Shown piece after piece: positions 49,415 through 57,210 of a stretch of DNA of 64,000 nt. Numbering within the stretch: position 1 is the first letter of the stretch; the number at the start of each line of letters is the position of its first letter. The notes under the pieces were generated by a model, which was not told the origin of the DNA, did not search any database, and was given only the letters and a program-made list of their open reading frames with translations. The position numbers were made by a program, and so were the translations under genes. This stretch comes from a virus: the IMG/VR virus record IMGVR_UViG_3300047444_000783, positions 45,587-109,586 of that record; one strand, 5' to 3'.

Positions 49415-49618
49415 ATGTCTGTCAAATACGACGAACCGAAAGCCGGCCAATGGGTACAGCCGGTGAGGAAGGGCTACAAGTTGTCCTGCTGCGATTGCGG
49501 ACTCGTCCACCGTATGGATTTCAGAATCCACGAGGGGCGCATCCAATTCCGCGTATTCCGGCACAATCGCGCGACCGGACAAATGCGTCGGCACATGAGG
49601 AAGAGGGGCGGGTTATGA
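49415..49618 (+). CDS. Small hypothetical phage protein (CCDCGLVH)
   Basis: Cys/His motif; coupled to next gene. Confidence 0.7.
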   Translation: MSVKYDEPKAGQWVQPVRKGYKLSCCDCGLVHRMDFRIHEGRIQFRVFRHNRATGQMRRHMRKRGGL

Positions 49619-49818
49619 GCGCAGAATTTAAGCCGACGAAGAAATATCAGATCTGGTACTACACCGGCGAAGGGTATTCGTTCGAGGAATTCGACACCCA
49701 GGAAGAGGTCGCCCGATATCTCGAAAGTGGCGTTACGTTTGGCCGATGGTTCGCCACGAGACTCCAGGAGTTCGACGTCTATCTCCGTGATTGGGTTCCA
49801 CCGAAGGCGGCCGAGTGA
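49615..49818 (+). CDS. Hypothetical protein
   Basis: ATGA coupling. Confidence 0.6.
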   Translation: MSAEFKPTKKYQIWYYTGEGYSFEEFDTQEEVARYLESGVTFGRWFATRLQEFDVYLRDWVPPKAAE

Positions 49819-50360
49819 TTACGCGATCGCTCAAGCTGGGGCGCCGGGAACACGAGAGTCAGGCCGAGTGGCGGGAGGCCGCTTACTCCGATGACGAGAT
49901 CTACCGGTACCGCCTGGATATAACGTTCGACCCGGAAAATCCACGGACGCTCGTGACGATCGGCCTCAACCCGTCGACCGCGACCGAGAACAAAGACGAT
50001 CCGACGATCCGCGTATGCAAGCGCATGGCAAAGGATCTGGACTGCGGGACCTACCGGATGCTCAACGCCTTCGCCTTCCGGTCGACCGACTACAAGGCGC
50101 TGTTCCGGAACCCGGATCCGATCGGGCCGGAGAATACCCTCGAGTACCTGCGATACTGGTGTGACGGCGCGACCGTCGTCGCCTGCTGGGGCGCTCACAT
50201 TACTGAGCGGCCATGGCGCCACTTCTACCGCGGGAGAGAGATCGCTGCGGCGATTCCAAACCTCCAGGCGTTGAAGGTTACGCAGAGCGGCCACCCGCAT
50301 CATCCGCTTTATCTTCCGGTCGACATCCGCCTCCAGCCATTCGCTTATGCTATCGATTGA
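49815..50360 (+). CDS. DUF1643 family protein
   Basis: YRYRL, IGLNPSTA...DDPTIR, HPLY. Confidence 0.9.
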   Translation: MITRSLKLGRREHESQAEWREAAYSDDEIYRYRLDITFDPENPRTLVTIGLNPSTATENKDDPTIRVCKRMAKDLDCGTYRMLNAFAFRSTDYKALFRNPDPIGPENTLEYLRYWCDGATVVACWGAHITERPWRHFYRGREIAAAIPNLQALKVTQSGHPHHPLYLPVDIRLQPFAYAID

Positions 50361-50394
50361 CCAGTCTGTCAGTATGAGAAACAGAGGTAGCACA

Positions 50395-51339
50395 ATGCGC
50401 GCGATCGTGACCGGCGGCTGCGGTTTCATAGGTTCACACCTAACAGAACTACTGCTCGAGCGCGGCTGGTCGGTCGATGTGGTCGACGATCTATCAAATC
50501 CGGTAGCCCTCCGATTCGACGGTCCGGCGAGCGTTTATCGGCGATCCGCAAGCGACCGCGGGCTGATGGGGACACTCGTACCCGGCGCTCGGGCGATCTT
50601 TCACCTGGCAGCCACCGTCGGGGTCGCGCGCGTGCTCAAGCATCCCGCTAATGTCATCCTGGGAAACATGGCCGCGACTCAGAGCGTCCTGGCCGAAGCG
50701 TTCCGCCATAACGTGCCGGTCTTCATTGCCTCCAGCTCGGAGGTCTATGGCCGGTCGATCATCCCGCTCCTGTCCGAGGAACAGGATACCCAGACGAGTC
50801 CGAACGTTCGGTGGGGTTACGCGGCTGCTAAGGCTGTCGATGAGCATCTGGCGCTCGGCTACGCGCATGACGGCCTGAAGGTCGTGATCGGCCGGTTCTT
50901 CAACATCTGCGGACCGCGCCAGTCAATGACCCACGTCCTCCCGCGGTTTATCGCGCAGGCGCAGGCCGGCGAGCCGCTGACCGTCTTTGGCGATGGCCAT
51001 CAGCGCCGCTCGTTCACCTGGGTCCACGATGCGGTTCGCGCGATCGTCGACCTGATGGACTGCCCGGCGGCGGCCGGCCAGATCGTAAACATTGGCCACA
51101 CAAGTTCTATCTCGATGAGCAGCCTCGCCCAACTCGTTATCGACATCGCAGGCAGTCGGAGCGAAATCCAGTACATGCCGATCCGAGATGCCTACGGCCT
51201 GGAATTCCGGGATATCGAACACCGGCTGGCCGATCTGACGAAGATCCGCCGGCTGATCCACTACAGCCCGACGGTCGAACTGGACGATATGATCCGGCTG
51301 ACGATCGCCCGCACGGAGGCCCATGCAGCACATCCGTAA
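50395..51339 (+). CDS. NAD-dependent NDP-sugar epimerase/dehydratase
   Basis: TGGCGFIGSHL, ASSSEVYG, YAAAK. Confidence 0.92.
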   Translation: MRAIVTGGCGFIGSHLTELLLERGWSVDVVDDLSNPVALRFDGPASVYRRSASDRGLMGTLVPGARAIFHLAATVGVARVLKHPANVILGNMAATQSVLAEAFRHNVPVFIASSSEVYGRSIIPLLSEEQDTQTSPNVRWGYAAAKAVDEHLALGYAHDGLKVVIGRFFNICGPRQSMTHVLPRFIAQAQAGEPLTVFGDGHQRRSFTWVHDAVRAIVDLMDCPAAAGQIVNIGHTSSISMSSLAQLVIDIAGSRSEIQYMPIRDAYGLEFRDIEHRLADLTKIRRLIHYSPTVELDDMIRLTIARTEAHAAHP

Positions 51340-51496
51340 GATCGAACCGGAAAGCCGGGCAACCCACATGCTGTGTCCGGGCTGCAACCTCAAGAGAACG
51401 CTCGCCGAGTTCATGCGGGCCGGTCTCGTGTACGCCTATTGCGCCGTCTGCCGCGCGCGTCAGCCTAAACTTCGCAAACCGATGAAGGTGAATTAA
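51323..51496 (+). CDS. Small Zn-finger protein (57 aa)
   Basis: Not in track; GGAGG RBS; CPGC...CAVC. Confidence 0.6.
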   Translation: MQHIRKIEPESRATHMLCPGCNLKRTLAEFMRAGLVYAYCAVCRARQPKLRKPMKVN

Positions 51497-51718
51497 ATGA
51501 AAGCTGTTGAATTCTGTTACTGGCTACAGGGCTATTTTGAAATACAAGGTAAGGCGGAGCAGCGCGGCACAACCCTGGTACAGGCGCAAGTGGAGGACAT
51601 CCAGAAGCATCTCGCGCTCGTCTTCAAGCACGAGATTGACCCGTCTTACCCGGATCAGCAATCGCTGAATAATATTCATCACGGTGGCATCATTAACGAT
51701 GGGATGATCCGATGCTGA
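51497..51718 (+). CDS. Hypothetical phage protein
   Basis: FCYWLQGYFE motif. Confidence 0.75.
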   Translation: MKAVEFCYWLQGYFEIQGKAEQRGTTLVQAQVEDIQKHLALVFKHEIDPSYPDQQSLNNIHHGGIINDGMIRC

Positions 51719-52032
51719 CGTTTATAGAGCCGGCCGACCGGCCAGTCGTCGAAGGACTTGAAGCGCATGAAGTCGTGTACGCGAAGAACCAGCCCGAGTA
51801 CAATCCGTTGCGTGTTATCCGGTCCAGCGATAAAAGTTGTCGCGTGCTAAGTCGTTGGACACTCACGCCGCAGCAGCGCGCCGAGGTCATGGGCGGCGCC
51901 GATATCTACCTCGAGTTATCCACATTCAAGCATCCGCTCCAGCCCGTCCGTATGGCCGTCGGTGATGACGTCGACCCGGACTATGTCCGTATGGAGTATG
52001 GACTTCCGGACATCACGCCGATTCCAATTTGA
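51712..52032 (+). CDS. Hypothetical phage protein
   Basis: YAKNQPEYNPL motif. Confidence 0.7.
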   Translation: MLTFIEPADRPVVEGLEAHEVVYAKNQPEYNPLRVIRSSDKSCRVLSRWTLTPQQRAEVMGGADIYLELSTFKHPLQPVRMAVGDDVDPDYVRMEYGLPDITPIPI

Positions 52033-52053
52033 CGTTCTACCTACAATAGAACC

Positions 52054-52392
52054 ATGCAGGCAACTGACGCCGTCCAGCACTACAGCGAGATTGACGTCGT
52101 TCTCAGTGGCCTGGTCACCGGGATCATGGCGCTCGGTGCGATCGTCGGATTCTTCATGAAAGAGCGATTTAAGCGCTACGACGCCCATCTGATCCAGGCG
52201 GCGCTCGAGGATCAGAAACTCGCTCTCCTGCAGCAGGCGGTCACCGCCCACGCAGCCGAGGATGACAAACGCTTTACCGACTTGAAGGACTCGCTCGCCT
52301 ATAACACGAAGACCACGACATGGGTTGGAGACTGCGTGATCGCCATGAGAACGGGCGACCCTATTCCACCCAGGCCACAGCAATTCCCATGA
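52054..52392 (+). CDS. Single-pass membrane protein
   Basis: One TM helix plus coiled coil. Confidence 0.6.
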   Translation: MQATDAVQHYSEIDVVLSGLVTGIMALGAIVGFFMKERFKRYDAHLIQAALEDQKLALLQQAVTAHAAEDDKRFTDLKDSLAYNTKTTTWVGDCVIAMRTGDPIPPRPQQFP

Positions 52393-52449
52393 CACCTGGA
52401 TATCGGAGAATTCTGAAAAAGCCTATGTAGGCGCCGGCAGGAGGTTGCC

Positions 52450-54027
52450 TTGAAGGGCCGACCACTCACCGACGGATTGAAAGAGAAGATCGGACAACTG
52501 CGGCGCAACGGACTCACGACGCGTGAAATCAGCGCTAAGGTTGCCATTTCTTTCGGCGCGATCGCCAAGTACTTACGTAAAGCCGGAATTGATCCTCCAG
52601 ACCCCTCGCCCATTTCCTCCACCATCACCGAGATTTTCGACGCGGAATTTGGCGATGACGAGACGTTAGTCGTCACCTGGGCGCAGAATGCGACTCCACC
52701 ACACCATGGCTTCCTACGGGCGCTCCGGGCTTACTGTAAGCACAATCGTGCACGCCTCGTCATTATCCCCGGACGCTATAAGAATCCGACCAGCACCTGG
52801 ACCGCCAGTCAGCAGAATGAGCAATGGTGGAGCGCTGAATTGGTACCCTACCTGTATAACCGGCGCGTGAAGCTGGGTCCGAATATCGCGCTACTCGCCG
52901 ACATCTGCGTGCAGCCTACGGCCGTTAGCCCACTCTCCGGGATGGAAACCCTGTCTCACGGCGAAAGCAGTGTCATCGGGCATCCGAAACTCCAGTTAAA
53001 GACGGTCCCAACTCCCCATCAACGCTCGCCCAAGATCATCACGACGACCGGGTCGGTCACGCGCGCGAACTACACGGACACGAAGGCCGGCAAGAAAGGG
53101 GACTTTAACCACGTCTACGGGGCGGTCGTGCTCGAGCGGTCGGGAAAGAAGTTCTATCTCCGGCACATCAACGCGCGCTCCGACGGCGCTTTCTGCGACC
53201 TCGACAAAGCGTACTTTGCGGACGGGAAAGTTAGAAACGCCGGGCCATACGCCGGCCTGGTCTTCGGGGACGTCCACGTCGATGCGTGCGATCCGGTCGT
53301 GCTCGACGCGACGTTCAACAAACTCGTCAAGCGGCTAAACCCGAAAGTACTCGTGCTGCACGATCTACTGGACGCCTATTCGGTTAATCCCCACCATGCC
53401 GGTAACCCGTTCATCGCGGTCTCGAAACGCCAGAACGATCTCGATAATCTCCAGGACGAGGTCAATCGGGTCATCGGCTGGCTCCAGCAATACACAGGCA
53501 TCCGGGAGACCGTGATCGTTCCATCGAACCACGACGATATGTTCTCCCGATGGATGTCCCGGCAGGACTGGCGAGACGATCCGACGAACGCCGAGTACTA
53601 TCTCGAGACCGCGCTATTTATGGTCCGCGGGATTAAGCATGGAATCAATGGGACGTCGACGCCAGACCCCCTCCAGTACTGGATTGGGCGCGCAAAGCTG
53701 CCGAACGTCCGATGTCTGAAAGCGCTGGAAAGTTTCATCATCAAGGGGATTGAATGCGGACTCCACGGCCATCAGGGACCGAACGGCGCCCGCGGCAGCC
53801 TGCTCAACCTGAGCCGCCTGGGCGTGAAGGTCATCACTGGGCATTCGCATACGCCAGGCATCGAGGCCGGGCACTACAAGACCGGAACGATGACGCCACT
53901 GAGTCTCGAATATACGGGGCCGGTTAGTGGCTGGCTCAATGCACATGTGGCGATCACACCGATGGGCAAACGGGTAATTTTTGTCTGCGTTGACGGGCAT
54001 TTCTGGAAGGATAGAAAAGTTGCTTAA
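52450..54027 (+). CDS. T5 A1-like metallophosphoesterase with N-terminal HTH
   Basis: GDVH, LHDLLD, SNHD, HGH, GHSH motifs; TTGSVT..NY...KAG. Confidence 0.75.
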   Translation: MKGRPLTDGLKEKIGQLRRNGLTTREISAKVAISFGAIAKYLRKAGIDPPDPSPISSTITEIFDAEFGDDETLVVTWAQNATPPHHGFLRALRAYCKHNRARLVIIPGRYKNPTSTWTASQQNEQWWSAELVPYLYNRRVKLGPNIALLADICVQPTAVSPLSGMETLSHGESSVIGHPKLQLKTVPTPHQRSPKIITTTGSVTRANYTDTKAGKKGDFNHVYGAVVLERSGKKFYLRHINARSDGAFCDLDKAYFADGKVRNAGPYAGLVFGDVHVDACDPVVLDATFNKLVKRLNPKVLVLHDLLDAYSVNPHHAGNPFIAVSKRQNDLDNLQDEVNRVIGWLQQYTGIRETVIVPSNHDDMFSRWMSRQDWRDDPTNAEYYLETALFMVRGIKHGINGTSTPDPLQYWIGRAKLPNVRCLKALESFIIKGIECGLHGHQGPNGARGSLLNLSRLGVKVITGHSHTPGIEAGHYKTGTMTPLSLEYTGPVSGWLNAHVAITPMGKRVIFVCVDGHFWKDRKVA

Positions 54028-54296
54028 CCAGTAATTCTCGTGGCTTTGGCCAGTCTCGAGATGCGGGTTACTGTTGGCCCGGCATTTGTTATGACCGGCC
54101 TATTCGATCTACTCGACGATCCTTCGCCATACCCTTTTCTTGGGAGCATGTTTGACGAGCAAGCGTATGATGCCTTATTCCCCGCCGGGATGTGGATCCC
54201 GCGGTTACCATCGGCAGATAGTAACGGACGTTCACTATCTACGGGTAGTTCACGGAACATGAACAACTGTGAATTGTGAACACTGGCTGTGAATTT

Positions 54297-54482
54297 ATGA
54301 AATGTATCTGCTGCGATAAAACATTTGGCGACTACGCGCTCAAAACAGGATGCCTTATCCCGATCACGAGCAAACTCAACCTATTCCCGGGTATCGTCTA
54401 CTGCTGCCTCAAGTGCAACCGCGAGATCCTCGAGGACTGGGTCTACAAGAAGCGGGAGATCGCCGACCTGAAGGTCTCGTAA
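54297..54482 (+). CDS. Small Cys-rich protein
   Basis: CICC...CLKC; stop abuts the end of the tRNA array. Confidence 0.5.
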   Translation: MKCICCDKTFGDYALKTGCLIPITSKLNLFPGIVYCCLKCNREILEDWVYKKREIADLKVS

Positions 54483-54553
54483 CTGCCCCGGCAGGAATCG
54501 GACCTGCGCTTCCGGATTCAAAGTCCGGCGCCTCACCATTCGGCCACAGGGCA
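54483..54553 (-). tRNA. tRNA-Gln(TTG)
   Basis: Cloverleaf; CCGGA-CTTTGAA-TCCGG. Confidence 0.9.
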
Positions 54554-54557
54554 AAAG

Positions 54558-54642
54558 CGGAAGAGCGGGGGATCGAACCCCGATGACGCTCACGCGCCGC
54601 CGCATTAGCAGTGCGGACCCTTACCATTCGGGCCACTCTTCC
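54558..54642 (-). tRNA. tRNA-Ser(GCT)
   Basis: Cloverleaf with long variable arm. Confidence 0.92.
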
Positions 54643-54645
54643 AAG

Positions 54646-54717
54646 AGTCCACGGCCGGAATCGGACCGGCGATAATGGTTTTGCAGACCATCCCCTTAGC
54701 CATTTGGGTACGTGGAC
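54646..54717 (-). tRNA. tRNA-Cys(GCA)
   Basis: Cloverleaf; U73. Confidence 0.9.
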
Positions 54718-54720
54718 AAG

Positions 54721-54799
54721 TAGCCCCTGAGAGATTTGAACTCTCACCCTTTCGGATCCGGGTCTAAGCCGGACGTGTATGCCATTTCACCAAGGGGCC
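54721..54799 (-). tRNA. tRNA-Leu(TAG)
   Basis: Cloverleaf with variable arm. Confidence 0.9.
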
Positions 54800-54803
54800 A
54801 AAG

Positions 54804-54883
54804 TGCCGGCCACGAGAGTTGAACTCGTACCCTTTCGGATCCGCTCTTAAGGCGGATGCGTCTGCCTGTTCCGCCAGGCCGGC
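54804..54883 (-). tRNA. tRNA-Leu(TAA)
   Basis: Cloverleaf with variable arm. Confidence 0.9.
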
Positions 54884-54887
54884 AAAG

Positions 54888-54978
54888 AGGAAGCGGTGAG
54901 ATTCGAACTCACGAGATAGCCTTTCAACTACCCGCCGGGTTTCGGGTCCGGTGTCTTAAACCACTCGACCACGCTTCC
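54888..54978 (-). tRNA. tRNA-Ser(CGA)
   Basis: Cloverleaf, long variable arm, C33. Confidence 0.85.
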
Positions 54979-54981
54979 AAG

Positions 54982-55066
54982 TGCGAACGGAAGGATTTGA
55001 ACCTTCGTAGCCCCAAGGGGCAACAGTTTTACAGACTGCCGTCGTTGGCCGCTTGACTACGTTCGC
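54982..55066 (-). tRNA. tRNA-Tyr(GTA)
   Basis: Cloverleaf with variable arm. Confidence 0.92.
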
Positions 55067-55069
55067 AAA

Positions 55070-55153
55070 TCCCGAACAACAGACTTGAACTGTTACGCCT
55101 TGAAGGGGCACCGGGTTTTGAGTCCGGCGTGTCTACCGTTCCACCAGTTCGGG
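55070..55153 (-). tRNA. tRNA-Leu(CAA)
   Basis: Cloverleaf with variable arm. Confidence 0.9.
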
Positions 55154-55164
55154 TGATTTTTGAT

Positions 55165-55260
55165 TTACAGGGATTGACAATAACTGAGGCGTAATGAGGG
55201 TCGCAAGCGGAGTGAGCGCAGGAAACGGTCGATCATGTGGCGAACTGTAATCTTTCGCAT
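55165..55260 (-). CDS. Putative leader peptide of tRNA operon C (31 aa)
   Basis: MRKITVRHMIDRFLRSLRLRPSLRLSYCQSL; ATG 7 nt after the -10 box; Leu/Ser/Tyr/Cys/Gln codons match downstream tRNAs. Confidence 0.7.
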   Translation of the reverse strand: MRKITVRHMIDRFLRSLRLRPSLRLSYCQSL

Positions 55261-55267
55261 GGGGGCC

Positions 55268-55296
55268 ACTTTAAATCCTTTTGTCCAGGATGTCAA
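55268..55296 (-). promoter_or_regulatory. Sigma70-like promoter of tRNA operon C
   Basis: TTGACA-17 bp-TAAAGT. Confidence 0.75.
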
Positions 55297-55368
55297 GCGC
55301 CTGCGGAGAATCGAACTCCGGATCGTCGTCTTAGGAGGACGCTGCTCTGTCCGCTGAGCTACAGGCGC
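55296..55368 (-). tRNA. tRNA-Arg(CCT)
   Basis: Cloverleaf. Confidence 0.88.
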
Positions 55369-55370
55369 GA

Positions 55371-55441
55371 TACCGAGGCTGGGAATCGGACCCAAATATC
55401 TGGATACACAGGCCAGCATTCTGCCATTGAATTACCTCGGC
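55371..55441 (-). tRNA. tRNA-His(GTG)
   Basis: Cloverleaf; no encoded G-1 or C73. Confidence 0.8.
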
Positions 55442-55444
55442 GCA

Positions 55445-55518
55445 TGCCAGCGGTGGGGTATGATCCCACAGCCCTCCGCTTAAAAGGCGGTTACTCTGTC
55501 CGTTTGAGTTACGCTGGC
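55445..55518 (-). tRNA. tRNA-Lys(TTT)
   Basis: Cloverleaf; A54/T58 T-loop. Confidence 0.85.
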
Positions 55519-55520
55519 GA

Positions 55521-55592
55521 TGCCACGGGTGGGGATTGGACCCACGACGCCCGGCTTTTCAGACCGGCGCTCTACCACTGAGCTACCGCGGC
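55521..55592 (-). tRNA. tRNA-Phe(GAA)
   Basis: Cloverleaf. Confidence 0.9.
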
Positions 55593-55625
55593 AAGCAGAT
55601 CGCGCGGTCATAGACCGCGTCTACA

Positions 55626-55698
55626 TGCTCGAGGGGAGAATCGGACTCCCGACACCCGGCTTATCAGACCGGAACTCTGACCACTGAGTTACTCGAGC
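55626..55698 (-). tRNA. tRNA-Ile(GAT)
   Basis: Cloverleaf. Confidence 0.9.
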
Positions 55699-55700
55699 GA

Positions 55701-55772
55701 CAGGGTGTAGCGGATTCGAACCGCTGATCTTCCGTTAGAGAGACGGAGGACTTGCCGCTAGTCGAACACCCC
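55701..55772 (-). tRNA. tRNA-Glu(CTC)
   Basis: TCCGT-CTCTCTA-ACGGA; T37. Confidence 0.82.
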
Positions 55773-55775
55773 AAG

Positions 55776-55846
55776 TAGCGCCGCGGAGAATCGGACTCCG
55801 ATCATCGGGTTGAAAGCCCGATTGCTTACCCTTGGCATACGGCGCC
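55776..55846 (-). tRNA. tRNA-Glu(TTC)
   Basis: Cloverleaf. Confidence 0.88.
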
Positions 55847-55864
55847 AAAATTATTCCAAAATTA

Positions 55865-55984
55865 TTCCCACGGTGAAGGTTAGCATCGCTCCTAATCCCT
55901 CATCCCCCCGTCAGCGATGATCGGGGTGCCCTTAACGGAGGCGCCTTGTCAGGCTGACACTTGACTCGTGTCTTGCCGTGGGAA
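55865..55984. ncRNA. Candidate 120-nt structured RNA inside the tRNA array
   Basis: 9-bp closing stem TTCCCACGG/CCGTGGGAA plus three internal hairpins. Confidence 0.5.
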
Positions 55985-55991
55985 CTTCAAG

Positions 55992-56065
55992 CGGAGATGA
56001 CCGGATTCGAACCGGCGATATCCTCATCGACAGTGAGGTGCCTTGAGCCGCTAGGCGACATCTCC
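55992..56065 (-). tRNA. tRNA-Asp(GTC)
   Basis: Cloverleaf. Confidence 0.92.
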
Positions 56066-56068
56066 AAG

Positions 56069-56140
56069 TGCGGTAGACGGGAATCGGACCCGCAATCTCT
56101 TCGTTGGCAACGAAGCGCCTTGCCGTTGGGCCACTACCGC
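56069..56140 (-). tRNA. tRNA-Gly(GCC)
   Basis: Cloverleaf. Confidence 0.9.
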
Positions 56141-56168
56141 AAACATGTCTAATCGTACATACTTCAAA

Positions 56169-56239
56169 TGCCTCGAGCGGGAATCGGACCCGCAGTCTCT
56201 GGTTGGAAGCCAGACGGTTTACCACTAACCGACCGAGGC
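56169..56239 (-). tRNA. tRNA-Gly(TCC)
   Basis: Cloverleaf. Confidence 0.9.
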
Positions 56240-56243
56240 GAAG

Positions 56244-56315
56244 TACCCGCGAGGCGACTCGAACGCCTATCATCCTGATTCGTAGTCAGGTGCCTATCCG
56301 TTAGACTACGCGGGC
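56244..56315 (-). tRNA. tRNA-Arg(ACG)
   Basis: Cloverleaf. Confidence 0.9.
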
Positions 56316-56319
56316 AAAG

Positions 56320-56395
56320 CTGGCAGGGTGGGTTTCGAACCCACATCTATTCCGGTTAACAGCCGGACGCATTACCGAATGTTTGCTACCTGCCA
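56320..56395 (-). tRNA. tRNA-Asn(GTT)
   Basis: Cloverleaf. Confidence 0.88.
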
Positions 56396-56396
56396 A

Positions 56397-56470
56397 TCGA
56401 TCCGGTGGGAGTCGGACCCACAACATTCCGCTTTCGGAGAGCGGTGCCCTGTCCATTAGGCGACGGATCG
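56397..56470 (-). tRNA. tRNA-Arg(CCG)
   Basis: Cloverleaf. Confidence 0.88.
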
Positions 56471-56473
56471 CAA

Positions 56474-56546
56474 CTGGGTCATCAGGCTTCGAACCTGAAA
56501 CATCCGCTTTCAGAGAGCGGCGCTCTGCCAGTTGAGCTATGACCCA
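56474..56546 (-). tRNA. tRNA-Gln(CTG)
   Basis: Cloverleaf; T1-A72. Confidence 0.9.
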
Positions 56547-56547
56547 A

Positions 56548-56620
56548 TGCTGTCCCGGGGCAACGATCCCCGAACCTACCGGGTAAGAGCCGGTTGCTCT
56601 GCCAGTTGAGCTAGGACAGC
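56548..56620 (-). tRNA. tRNA-Lys(CTT)
   Basis: Cloverleaf; A54/T58 T-loop. Confidence 0.85.
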
Positions 56621-56836
56621 TTATTCAATATATCCAGCAAGTTCGGCCGTGCAGAACGGACGGTCCGTTCTCTCCAGTTGATACCGGTCGAAAACATCTA
56701 ACAATTTCCGAAAGGCAGTACCATTTTCCCTGTCTTCCAATGAGGCAGTAACGAAAATCATAACCGCCGATTCTACACTCTTCCTGAGTAACCGCCGGTG
56801 GCGGCGCCTTTCCGCTCGCGGCTTCTTCTTTCTCAT
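56621..56836 (-). CDS. Small basic protein inserted in the tRNA array (71 aa)
   Basis: MRKKKPRAERRRHRRLL...; fills the gap between tRNA-Val and tRNA-Lys. Confidence 0.55.
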   Translation of the reverse strand: MRKKKPRAERRRHRRLLRKSVESAVMIFVTASLEDRENGTAFRKLLDVFDRYQLERTDRPFCTAELAGYIE

Positions 56837-56837
56837 A

Positions 56838-56910
56838 TAGCCCCTGGAGGCAACGATCCCCCAACCTCCCGGGTGTAGGCCGGGCGCTCTGCCGGTTGAG
56901 CTAAGGAGCC
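56838..56910 (-). tRNA. tRNA-Val(TAC)
   Basis: Cloverleaf; C33, A54/T58. Confidence 0.85.
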
Positions 56911-56917
56911 ATGTCAA

Positions 56918-56990
56918 AGCCAACGGCCGGCAACGATCCGGCAACATCCGGTTTACAGGACCGGCGTTCTGCCTATTGAACTACGTCGGC
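56918..56990 (-). tRNA. tRNA-Thr(TGT)
   Basis: Cloverleaf; C33, A54/T58. Confidence 0.85.
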
Positions 56991-56993
56991 GAA

Positions 56994-57058
56994 GGTCCAG
57001 CCAGTCTCCAGTAACTACCGTCCTAGGACGGCGCTCTACCAGTACATGGGGCCAGACC
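56994..57058 (-). other. Degenerate tRNA-like element
   Basis: 9-bp terminal stem, TGGTAGAGCG D-arm remnant, CCGTC-CTAG-GACGG arm, no T-loop. Confidence 0.5.
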
Positions 57059-57060
57059 AA

Positions 57061-57131
57061 AGCCACAGCCGGGAATTGAACCCGAGTATCTCGCTTACCA
57101 AGCGAGTGCCTTACCACTCGGCCACTGCGGC
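57061..57131 (-). tRNA. tRNA-Thr(GGT)
   Basis: Cloverleaf. Confidence 0.92.
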
Positions 57132-57134
57132 GAA

Positions 57135-57207
57135 AGCCAGCGGGGAGAATCGGACTCCCGACCTGTGCGTTACGAGTGCACTGCTCTACCAATTGAGCTA
57201 CGCCGGC
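57135..57207 (-). tRNA. tRNA-Thr(CGT)
   Basis: Cloverleaf. Confidence 0.9.
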
Positions 57208-57210
57208 AAA

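Noticed and set aside
55701-55772. Possible amber suppressor tRNA (loop CTCTCTA contains CTA)
   Set aside because: The 5-bp stem places CTC at positions 34-36, the body is Glu-like, and TAG serves as a normal stop in many genes here.
56994-57058. CTAG loop read as a suppressor anticodon
   Set aside because: The loop is only 2-4 nt and there is no T-arm.
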